From Haliotis rubra (lineage: Eukaryota), in assembly GCF_003918875.1 (NCBI RefSeq), contig NW_025767371.1, forward strand, positions 372,001-436,000: a stretch of DNA of 64,000 nt. The letters are read 5' to 3'. The notes below the pieces were generated by a model. It made no database searches. It saw nothing but the letters and a program-made list of their open reading frames with translations, and was not told where the DNA came from. Made by a program: the position numbers and the translations under genes. Shown piece by piece: positions 26,330 through 38,700 of the stretch. Within the stretch, counting starts at the first letter, position 1, and the number at the start of each line of letters is the position of its first letter.

Positions 26330-26995
26330 CTCGTGTGCCTGTGTCCTTTGTTTTCCCAGTGTGCCTGTATCCTTTGTTTTCCCAGTGTGCCTGTGTCCTT
26401 TGTTTTCCCAGTGTGCCTGTGTCCTTTGTATTCCCAGTGTGCCTGTGTCCTTTGTTTTCCCAGTGTGCCTGTGTCCTTTGTTTTCCCAGTGTGCCTGTGT
26501 CCTTTGTTTTCCCAGTGTGCCTGTGTGCCTGTGTCCTTTGTATTCCCAGTGTGCCTGTGTCCTTTGTATTCCCAGTGTGCCTGTGTCCTTTGTATTCCCA
26601 GTGTGCCTGTGTCCTTTGTATTCCCAGTGTGCCTGTGTCCTTTGTTTTCCCAGTGTGCCTGTGTCCTTTGTATTCCCAGTGTGCCTGTGTCCTTTGTTTT
26701 CCCAGTGTGCCTGTGTCCTTTGTTTTCCCAGTGTGCCTGTGTCCTTTGTTTTCCCAGTGTGCCTGTGTCCTTTGTTTTCCCAGTGTGCCTGTGTCCTTTG
26801 TATTCCCAGTGTGCCTGTGTCCTTTGTATTCCCAGTGTGCCTTCCCAGTGTGCCTGTGTCCTTTGTATTCCCAGTGTGCCTGTGTCCTTTGTATTCCCAG
26901 TGTGCCTGTGTCCTTTGTTTTCCCAGTGCCTGTGTCCTTTGTATTCCCAGTGTGCCTGTGTCCTTTGTATTCCCAGTGTGCCTGTGTCCTTTGTT
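26330..26995. repeat. 26-bp minisatellite (about 25 copies)
   Basis: (cccagtgtgcctgtgtcctttgtWtt)n; produces the overlapping spurious ORFs at 26165-27077. Confidence 0.95.
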
Positions 26996-29900
26996 TACGT
27001 TTTTTTGCTTATTAAGATATTGGTACATGTATGAACACACGATCGCTGCCATTCACACACGTCCTTTCCGGCGGTAATCCTTTGCCCTGCTGTGGTCGCT
27101 ATACCAGTGTTGTTCTACAGATCTATGCATTGTACGACAAGTCACTTAACAAAACCATTTGTATGGTTCTTGTTTGATGCAGGATCCGAAAACGCATAGA
27201 ATTTCCCCACTCTAGTTTGTCACTAAATGAAACCCGTAGCCCTCAACAGGGTCCTGTATTTGCTGTTAAGTAGAATTAAGTAGAGTTGCCAGTACTTGGT
27301 TATGTCTTGTGTTTGTATTGCAAAAGCCGATGATTATCGGAAAACCTGAATATCATTTCACATACTGTGAATGCTGTTTTACGCCGCGACACAGCGGCTT
27401 CATATCTTCATGGTTGAGTGCGTTTAGTTGTACGCCGCACTTTGCAATATTCTAGCTATATGACGGCGGTCTGTAAATAATCAAGTCTGGACCTGACAAT
27501 CCAGTGATCAACAGCATGAGCATCGATATCCGCAACTGGGATACGATGACATGTGTCATTCAAGTCAGCCAACCTGACCACGTGCACCCGATCCCGTTAG
27601 TCGCCTCTTACGACAAGCATGGGTTGCTGAAGATCAATTCTAACCCGGATCTTCACGGGTATCATAGCTTCATGAGGGAAACAAATAGTTGGTAGCGCAT
27701 GGAACGAACCTGGACGAACGTGGAACGAACAGTACCCGAAAAAAATTGTTGACGGTTTTTGTGACCAAGGTGAATACTGGGACCTAGTTTCGCCAAACAG
27801 TCTGTTTGTTGTTAACACTCGGCATTACTTAAACAAAATGGGAGCTCTATAAACGAGCGTTAACCAGACAATGAGATGAGTGTGAAACCACTGCACTTAC
27901 TGAATCCAATCAATCTTCCCTACACGTCTCCCCTACACAGTAACTGCGGGATGGAGACTTAACGCTAACACACCTTGAGCTGCGGGACAACATGCTCAAC
28001 ACCACACACACACAGACGGAAAATATGGAGTTGTGATTCTTCAAATTCTAGGCGGAAAGAAATACATCATCACGTCATATGAAAAATAACCATTTGTTGC
28101 CACGTTATGCTGTATCAAAGAGTGCTTTGTTTTCATCCACCATTACACGTGTGTGGCAACGATGGGATGCGTGCCACGTGTCTGTGGCTACTGAGACATT
28201 GGGTCCTGGTTACAGACCTCATATTGTCACGATTAGTTTGTTTGCTTATTACACATAGGAACACGAGGCTGAAGCATCTCTTTTGAACCTGATCGGACTG
28301 TCGGGTAATATAGGTTTACAAACACTCCTGGTCCATATATTCGCCTCGTCCGAAAAGCATTGGTTGCTTGGGGATCATGATCCTACGGACATGTGTCAAA
28401 CCGTCGCCCTTGAGTTCACACAGTTAGGGAGGTCAGATGACGCCATTCTCAGATGTTGACCACTTCACATATATCCACGGAAATACTGCTGGCATGCCCA
28501 AGGGACGCATCTCAGTACATCGAATTATGTGAGAGTTAAGTCTTCCTTGAACAGTGTTCTTTTCTTTGATTGTTTCAACGCCGTACTCAGCATCTTCCAG
28601 CTATATGACCGAGGTCTCTGCACAACCGAGTCTGGACCAGACAATCTAGTGATTGACACCATAAGCATCGATTTACACACATCTGGTACGATGACGTGTC
28701 AACTAAGTCAGCGAGAAGCACTTCCCGATCCCGTTGGTCGCCTCTGACATGCATGGCTTGAAGATCATTTGTAACACGGATCTTCATGGGAGGACAGTGG
28801 TAATTACGGAAGGAACTATTGACTGACAACAATGTACCTTGGGCACAAGTGTTTCATCCGTTATACATTGTACCTGTGGACTCAGTAGTGAGTTTAGTTT
28901 TACGCCGCACTCAGCAATTCCCAGCTATATGGCGGCGGTCTGTAAATAATCGGGTCTGGACCAGACAATCCAGTGATCAAAACACAAGCACATCGATCTA
29001 CGCAATTGGGAACCGATGACATGTGTCAAACAAGTCAGCGAGTCTGACCACCCGATCCCGTTAGTCGCCTCTTACAAGCATGGGTTACAGAAGACCAATT
29101 CTAACCCGGATCTTCACGGGACTGTTGACTCAGTAAGAGGCAGTGGTGTGCGATATTTAGAACTGTTCTGGATTCGGACAGAATGATTTGGAAAAGGCTA
29201 CAAGGACCTTGTTCCAGAATTAGCTGCATACGGAGAGGCATATAAGGGGGCAACTCTTGCCTCTCCTCTCTTATTACATCTCAAGCAACAAAGAGACCAG
29301 CTGTATATGTGATGATACATGGCATTGTGTATTCAAGTAAAAGGTAACTCGATATAAATGTTTATGTCAAAGCCATCATAAAGTCACTGAAACAAAAACC
29401 CTGTTAAAGTAATAAGTGTGAGCAGTGATGTGAGTGACAACTGAAACAACTAACTGGGGAAATACGTTCCCCTTACCTTAGTTTAAACGAGAAATTTCAT
29501 TAGAGAATCACCTCCTTCAGTCTTGACCAGTCCGTCGTATTTAATATTGTCTATGGCTATGTGTATGCCTGCAGGAATTATGTCAGTAAGTACGATTGGG
29601 TCTTGACCAAGGTACGAGGAGAATATAAAAAAAAATTCATGTGCCATCCTCGATGATCTTTCTTGAAATAACCTTATTCCACTTAGCGTCTCAGCTTCGT
29701 TCTGGCAGTGACGTCACTATCTCCATACTCCCATCAGTAACATAACACTGCGTTCTCCCGTTCATGAAACTGGACAACGCAAACAAATCAATAATTTCCA
29801 CTTCATATATTCACTTCCAAGATTATTTGTTCAAACGTGTTTTGACCGCCTCCGTGGTGTAGTGGTTAGTGAGTCCGCCCGTCGATCCCCGACCACGTCA

Positions 29901-30844
29901 TACCAAAAGACCTTAAAATATGGTACTTGTTGGTCCCTGCCTGGCGCTCGGCATTAATTGGTACAAGGACTGGTCGGTTCGGAGTCAGTATAATGTGTCT
30001 GAGTGGGGTATTCGTGCTTCACTGCGGCATGGTATCTCAGAGGGCTAGCACTATAAAACCAGCTTTAGTCTGGGCTGGTACAAGCAGCCGCACATACACA
30101 TACACACTCATGCACGTGGTCATATGAGCGAAATATTTTCAAGCACCACTTAAACCCAATTTCACCTCACCACAAAGATGTGTTAACTTATAGTCAGAAA
30201 CACACAGAAGAGTCCTACAATCACACCTTCCACAGACATCTCCTTATAAGAAACATGATTCTTATTGAATCAAATTACTTCAGCAGCAATGACCCCAGCT
30301 CGTTCCCTTGGACATATAAACCTGTCTTCATCAGTTTATTGGTCTTTATAAACTGAACGTAGTGTGTCGTCGTGTTCCCAAGAGAGCAACCAGTAAATAA
30401 GTGGGTGATACCATGACCAAGCCATGCAAGCAAGTGGTTGCCACCCTCAACAGCCACACAAGCAAGTGATTGATACCATGGAACAGATGAGTGTACCAGT
30501 GATTGCTATGAACAAGCATGTGAGAAGGTGGTCGACCTCACTAACAAATGACTGTTACTATAAACACTGACTGACTGACTGAGTTTGGTTTTACGCCGCT
30601 TTTAGCAATATTCCAGCAACATCACGGCGGGGGGACACCAGAAATGGGCTGCACACATTGTACCCATGTGGGGATTCGAACCCGGGTCTTCGGCGTGACG
30701 AGCCAACGCTTTAACCATTAGGCTACCCCACCGCCCCGTTACTATAAACAACCATTGCAACCTTGTGGTTGATGCTATGAACAGCCATGCCAGCAAGTGC
30801 CTGACAGCATGAACAATCAGAAAATGAGATGGAAACATTTATAT

Positions 30845-31160
30845 ATATACAAAATGCCTTTATTACAATAGTCACAATGTACATGACACAATGAGAGGCT
30901 TCAGCATGAGAGAATGAAAACCATAAAAATATAAAAGACTGAGGTATTAGGATAATAATAAGCCGCCAGCAGGGTGTCACAAAACATACACAGTAGTTCC
31001 CAGAAATGCCACCAGGTGGGCAGGTCACATGACCCTGGTCAGTATACTCAGGTCCGGAGATTCATCAAGTACACATCATGGTGCCTCGTCTGTGGCAGGT
31101 CTCGGATCACTGGTGTAGTTATGTGGAAACACTGGCACTGGCAGCCATAAACAGGGACAG
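30845..31160 (-). other. Non-coding terminal exon of PRXL2B (carries SECIS and polyA signal)
   Basis: Donor AG|GTAC 3 nt after the stop (intron starts 32723); acceptor ttttcAG at 31161-31167; AATAAA on the minus strand at 30859-30864. The 3' end is approximate. Confidence 0.7.
31030..31090 (-). promoter_or_regulatory. SECIS element (type II-like) in the 3' UTR of PRXL2B
   Basis: Minus strand reads AUGAU-GUGUACUUG-AUG-AA-UC(UCCG)GA-CC-UGAGUAUAC-UGAC. It has the AUGA/GA core (31079-31075 and 31041-31038), a 9-bp helix II, AA 12 nt after the core and an apical mini-stem. It lies downstream of an in-frame UGA. Confidence 0.85.
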
Positions 31161-31560
31161 CTGAAAATAGAGGCATCACTTAAGAAATACTTATAAAATT
31201 CGAAATAATTTCTGATAAAAAACAGTTTTTAACTAACCACAAACAAGACAAATGGGGCAGATATGGCAGATCTTATTTTTAAAATTTCAAGTGAAAAAGT
31301 AAGCAGACACTTTGTATGAGCAATGATTAAGACTGCCCATTGTACAGCGCAATATGGGAATATTGTACATTCCTTTGCTTGTTGCTTCACTCAGGAATAT
31401 TTCAGCTATATGGCGTCTGTCATCAACAATATGCACATGTGATACGATGACGATGACGTGTGTCTATCAAGTCACCAGGCCTGACCACCCGATCCCGTTA
31501 GTCGCCTCTGACCCGGATCTTCACGGGTCCATTGTACATTCAGTGAGACCATTGCAAACT

Positions 31561-32690
31561 TACAGAACTGTTGTACACTGGACAATACAGAACTGTTGTA
31601 CACTGGACAATGCAGAACTGTTGTACACTCGACAATGCAGAACTGTTGCACACTCACCAATACGGAACTGTTGTACATCGACAATGCAGAACTGTTGTAC
31701 ACTCGACAATGCAGAACTGTTGCACACTCACCAATACGGAACTGTTGTACAACGACAATACAGAACTGTTGTACAACGACAATACAGAACTGTTGTACAC
31801 TTGACAATACAGAACTGTTGTACACTCACCAATACAGAACTGTTGTACACATGACAATACAGAACTGTTGTACAACGACAATACAGAACTGTTGTACACA
31901 TGACAATACAGAACTATTGTACACTGGACAATACAGAACTGTTGTACACTGGACAATACAGAACTGTTGTATACATGACAATACACAACTGTTGTACATT
32001 GACAATGCAGAACTGTTGTACGGCTCACGACAATGCAGAACTGTTGCACACTCACCAATACGGAACTGTTGTATAACGACAATACAGAACTGTTGTACAA
32101 CGACAATACAGAACTGTTGTACATGGACAATACAGAACTGTTGTACACTGGACAATACAGAACTGTTGTACACATGACAATACTGAACTGTTGTACACTC
32201 AACAATACAGATCTGTTGTACACATGATAATACAGAACTGTTGTACACTCATCAATACTGAACTGTTGTACATCGGCAAAACAGAACTGTTGTACACTCG
32301 ACAATACAGAACTGTTGTACATCGGCAAAACAGAACTGTTGTACACTCGACAATACAGAACTATGAAATACACAATGCCATTTAGAAAGTGGTCAAATGT
32401 AACATATGATATATTTGGGATTACACTTTCTTTGTAAAGTACAGATCCTAGTATTTTGTTGGATTGAGTAGAAGCCGCAGTGGCTGAGCGGTCCAGGCGT
32501 CTGACTTTGTGTGCTGGCCATTAGGTGCCAGACTCTGAGGGTGTGGGTTCGAATCCCGGATGGGACTCAACCCAACAAAGTACTAGAATCTGTACTTAAC
32601 AAAGAAAGTGTAATCCCAAAAATAACATATGTTAAATACAGAACAGTTGTACACTGGACAATACAGAACTGTTGTACACTCAACAATGCT
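31561..32690. repeat. 23-26 bp minisatellite in the 3'-UTR intron of PRXL2B
   Basis: (acaatacagaactgttgtacacNNN)n, split by the SINE pair at 32364-32635. Confidence 0.95.
32364..32635. mobile_element. Head-to-head pair of a tRNA-like SINE forming an inverted repeat
   Basis: tRNA-like head 32474-32557 (TGGCTGAGCGG, GGTTCGAATCCC) flanked by inverted body arms at about 32401-32469 and 32565-32633. A single copy lies at about 3843-4035 (-). Confidence 0.65.
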
Positions 32691-32726
32691 GGACCATTGG
32701 AATAAAACAATATGGTACTGTACCTG

Positions 32727-35700
32727 TTATTTCATCTGGCAGACATCACCCTCACACTGAACCTCTGGCTTGGGCTTGTCCTTCTTAGGCATCTCACAAA
32801 CATCGTCCTTGCACGTCACCTCCGTTCCCCCACTTGCCTCGCCACCATCAGCCGTCACCTGAGTTCCCTCCCCATCTGTAGATACCATCTTTTCCACATC
32901 AACGGTGCCCTCGATGCCCAACGCTTTCAACACTTCGTTTGGGTCCACATGATCAGCTGGGTTTTCCTGCTTGAAGTTGAGCAGTACCTTGCCTCCTGAA
33001 GTGAATCACGCATGGTTCTTAAAATATCCTTCAATATGTTCATTGTTTCTAATTCCACAAACAATTCTAAAACCAGAACTTCTGATATTTCAAGCACCTG
33101 TTAGTGTGAACTTTCATGGTCATTCACATCAATTTTCATTCAGTTCTTATATTTTCATTTTTGTTGATATCATTTTAACGTTATGTTTATCTTCCCTAGT
33201 TGGTGTATCTCGATCAACCAAAGTTTCGCTTCCGCATATCAGCCATATTTAAATGAATAGAGTCTGATCTTACTGAGGACAGTAAATATAACATTTTGAA
33301 AATGAAAACACGAACAAGGCTATACAAACAATACAGGGCTACACAAACAATACAAGGCAACACAAACAATACAAGGCTACGCTATACAAACAATACAGGG
33401 CTACACAAACAATACAAGGCTACACAAACAATACAAGGCTACACAAACAATACAGGGGTACACAAACAATACAGGGCTACACAAACAATACAAGGCTACA
33501 CACACAATACAAGGCTACACAAACAATACAAGGCTACACAAACAATACAAGGCTACACACACAATACAAGGCTACACACACAATACAAGGCTACACAAAC
33601 AATACAAGGCTACACACACAATACAAGGCTACACAAACAATACAAGGCTACACAAACAATACAAGGCTACACAAACAATACAAGGCTACACACACAATAC
33701 AAGGCTACACAAACAATACAAGGCTACACACACAATACAAGGCTACACAAACAATACAAGGCTACACACACAATACAAGGCTACACACACAATACAAGGC
33801 TACACAAACAATACAAGGCCACTACACAAACAATACAAGGCTACACAAAACAATACAAGGCTACACACACACATACAAGGCTACACAAACAATACAAGGC
33901 TACACACACAATACAAGGCTACACACACAATACAAGGCTACACACACAATACCTTTAGCAACCACTACTGTGCCCCCGTTCTGCATCCCATCACCCTTGA
34001 AGTTTCCTTCAATCTTCTCAGTCTTTGCCTGGAAGGAATTGGGTCTTACATAAGTTGGACACTACTTCTGTTATAAGTATTACTGTTGTATTGCTCATCC
34101 GTGGAAGATACTGCAGTGTTATAAGTTTACGGCAATATTACACTAGTGTAATACTGTTAGATGTATGACGTCATAATGGTTTACAGTTATGACGTCACAA
34201 TGCTAATACCTGTCACAATAGTATTAGACCTTGCTTGATTAGCGGAAAGCTGAGAGTCATCACACTGTTGGCAGTTTCTATCAATTTATGTTGGAGAGAA
34301 ATAAACAGAACACTAAACTTGCTTCTGTGAAATACCATTTTTATTAAACTTGTGGAAGATTTGGTATCAAACCTGATTTCGCTTATTTAATACCAAATCA
34401 ACAACTCATTTAATAAAAGTCGTACTGTACAGAAGTTCGGTTCGTATTCTCTATATTTCACAAAAGAAATAGATACAGTATCTCCACTGGTGGCAAAATT
34501 ATTGATACGATGTTTCAGCAAGTTTGGGTGCGACATTTATCAAATCATCCAGACAATGCTATGATTGGTTTCAGATTTAAAAAACCTTCCTCGTCATACA
34601 TGGAATAAGTCAAGCATTGTATATGTGCAAGAGTTAGCAGGATAGGAACAGTGAATGATAGATCAGGTGAGCTTAAGATTTCATCTCCGATGAAATCATC
34701 ATGACAATTATGAACAGGATATTTGCTGCCTCACTGCTTGTATTTAACAGCACAAGCATTTCAACACATGCTTTCTTCGGGGTAATATTCCCAATACAAC
34801 CACAGCTGGTGTATAACAGAATATACTTCAGGCATGTGTATCACGCAGACCAGATACTGGAATCACAGCCAGGTTAATATAATAATAATAATGTCAAACC
34901 AATATCACACAGCTGGTGTATAACAGAATATACTACATGCGTATCAAGCAGACCAGATACTGGAATCACAGCCAGGTTAATATAATAATAATAATGTCAA
35001 ACCAATATCACACAGCTGGTGTATAACAGAATATACTACATGCGTATCAAGCAGACCAGATACTGGAATCACAGCCAGGTTAATATAATAATAATAATGT
35101 CAAACCAATATCACACAGCTGGTGTATAACAGAATATACTACATGCGTATCAAGCAGACCAGATACTGGAATCACAGCCAGGTTAATATAATAATAATAA
35201 TGTCAAACCAATATCACACAGCTGGTGTATAACAGAATATACTACATGCGTATCAAGCAGACCAGATATTGGCATCACAGCCAGGTTAATATAATAATAA
35301 TAATGTCAAACCAATATCACACAGCTGGTGTATAACAGAATATACTACATGCATTATCAAGCAGACCAGATACTGGAATCACAGCCAGGTTAATATAATA
35401 ATAATAATGTCAAACCAATATCACACAGCTGGTGTATAACAGAATATACTACATCGCATTATCAAGCAGACCAGATACTGGAATCACAGCCAGGTTAATA
35501 TAATAATAATAATGTCAAACCAATATCACACAGCTGGTGTATAACAGAATATACTACATGCATTATCAAGCAGACCAGATACTGGAATCACAGCCAGGTT
35601 AATATAATAATAATAAATGTCAAACCAATATCACACAGCTGGTGTATAACAGAATATACTACATGTATCAAGCAGACCAGATACTGGAATCACAGCCAGG

Positions 35701-38700
35701 TTAATATAATAATAATGTCAAACCAATATCACACAGCTGGTGTATAACAGAATATACTACATGCGTATCATAAGACCAGATACTGGAATCACAAGTCAGG
35801 TTAATATAATAATAATAATGTCAAACCAATATCACACAGCTGACCAGGTGTATAACAGAATATACTACCATGCGTATCGCTAAGCAGAATACTACCAGAC
35901 CAGATACTGGAATCACAGCCAGGTTAATATAATAATAATAATGTCAAACCAATATCACACAGCTGGTGTATAACAGAATATACTACATGCGTATCAAGCA
36001 GACCAGATACTGGAATCACAGCCAGGTTAATATAATAATAATAATGTCAAACCAATATCACACAGCTGGTGTATAACAGAATATACTACATGTATCAAGC
36101 AGACCAGATACTGGAATCACAGCCAGGTTAATATAATAATAATAATGTCAAACCAATATCACACAGCTGGTGTATAACAGAATATACTACATGCGTATCA
36201 AAGCAGACCAGATACTGGAATCACAGCCAGGTTAATATAATAATAATAATGTCAAACCAATATCACACAGCTGGTGTATAACAGAATATACTACATGCAT
36301 TATCAAGCAGACCAGATACTGGAATCACAGCCAGGTTAATATAATAATAATAATGTCAAACCAATATCACACAGCTGGTGTATAACAGAATATACTACAT
36401 CGCGTATCAAAGCAGACCAGATACTGGAATCACAGCCAGGTTAATATAATAATAATAATGTCAAACCAATATCACACAGCTGGTGTATAACAGAATATAC
36501 TACATGTATCAAGCAGACCAGATACTGGAATCACAGCCAGGTTAATATAATAATAATAATGTCAAACCAATATCACACAGCTGGTGTATAACAGAATATA
36601 CTACATGCATATCAAGCAGACCAGATACTGGAATCACAGCCAGGTTAATATAATAATAATAATGTCAAACCAATATCACACAGCTGGTGTATAACAGAAT
36701 ATACTACATGCGTATCAAGCCAGACCAGATACTGGAATCACAGCCAGGTTAATATAATAATAATAATGTCAAACCAATATCACACAGCTGGTGTATAACA
36801 GAATATACTACATGCATTATCAAGCAGACCAGATACTGGAATCACAGCCAGGTTAATATAATAATAATAATGTCAAACCAATATCACACAGCTGGTGTAT
36901 AACAGAATATACTACATCGTATCAAGCAGACCAGATACTGGAATCACAGCCAGGTTAATATAATAATAATAATGTCAAACCAATATCACACAGCTGGTGT
37001 ATAACAGAATATACTACATGCATCAAGCAGACCAGATACTGGAATCACAGCCAGGTTAATATAATAATAATAATGTCAAACCAATATCACACAGCTGGTG
37101 TATAACAGAATATACTACATGCGTATCAAGCAGACCAGATACTGGAATCACAGCCAGGTTAATATAATAATAATAATGTCAAACCAATATCACACAGCTG
37201 GTGTATAACAGAATATACTACATGCGTATATCGCTAGACCAGATACCGGAATCACAGTTTCAGGTTAATATAATAATAATAATGTCAAACCAATATCACA
37301 CAGCTGGTGTATAACAGAATATACTACATGAAGTATCAAGCAGACCAGATACTGGAATCACAGCCAGGTTAATATAATAATAATAATGTCAAAACCAATA
37401 TCACACAGCTGGTGTATAACAGAATATACTACATGCATGTGTATCACGCAGACCAGATACTGGAATCACAGCCAGGTTAATATAATAATAATAATGTCAA
37501 ACCAATATCACACAGCTGGTGTATAACAGAATATACTACATGCGTATCAAGCAGACCAGATACTGGAATCACAGCCAGGTTAATATAATAATAATAATGT
37601 CAAACCAATATCACACAGCTGGTGTATAACAGAATATACTACATGCGTATCAAGCAGACCAGATACTGGAATCACAGCCAGGTTAATATAATAATAATAA
37701 TGTCAAACCAATATCACACAGCTGGTGCATAACAGAATATACCACATGCATCGCTAAGACCAGATACCTGAATACTGGAATACAGCCAGGTTATAATAAT
37801 AATAATAATGTCAAACCAATATCACACAGCTGGTGTATAACAGAATATACTACATCAACATCACAGACCAGATACTGGAATCACAGCCAGGTTAATATAA
37901 TAATAATAATGTCAAACCAATATCACACAGCTGGTGTATAACAGAATATACCACATGTATCAAACAGACCAGATACCTGAATCCACAGTCAGGTTAATAT
38001 AATAATAATAATATCAAAACCAATATCACACAGCTGGTGTATAACAGAATATACTACATCGCACGTATCAAGCAGACCAGATACTGGAATCACAGCCAGG
38101 TTAATATAATAATAATAATGTCAAACCAATATCACACAGCTGGTGTATAACAGAATATACTACATGCGTATCAAGCAGACCAGATACTGGAATCACAGTT
38201 TCAGGTTAATATAATAATAATAATGTCAAACCAATATCACACAGCTGGTGTATAACAGAATATATATACATGATCATGACCAGATACCGAATCATTAAGC
38301 CAGGTTAATATAATAATAATAATAATGTCAAACCAACATCACACAGCTGGTGTATAACAGAATATACTACTATGCGATCAAGCAGACCAGATACTGGAAT
38401 CACATTCAGGTTAATATAATAATAATAATGTCAAACCAATATCACACAGCTGGTGTATAACAGAATATACTACATGCGTATCAAGCAGACCAGATACTGG
38501 AATCACAGTTTCCAGGTTAATATAATAATAATAATGTACCAGATACTGGAATCACAGCCAGGTTAATATAATAATAATAATGTCAAACCAACATCACACA
38601 CAGCTGGTGTATAACAGAATATACTACATGCATCAAGCAAGACCCAGATACTGGAATCACAGCCAGGTTAATATAATAATAATAATGTCAAACCAATATC

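Noticed and set aside
26165-27077. Long Cys-rich ORFs in several frames on both strands (226-289 aa)
   Set aside because: They are translations of a stop-free 26-bp minisatellite, open in multiple frames with no splice or domain support.
31354-32385. CRISPR-like repeat with variable spacers, and overlapping ORFs
   Set aside because: The variable parts are only 1-5 nt, there are no cas genes and the context is a eukaryotic intron; it is a minisatellite.
32474-32560. tRNA gene
   Set aside because: A and B boxes are present but there is no proper acceptor stem or anticodon arm, and it runs into a SINE body also found at about 3843-4035.
33296-33958. 220-aa T/Q/Y/K-rich ORF
   Set aside because: Translation of a 19-bp minisatellite, antisense within a PRXL2B intron.
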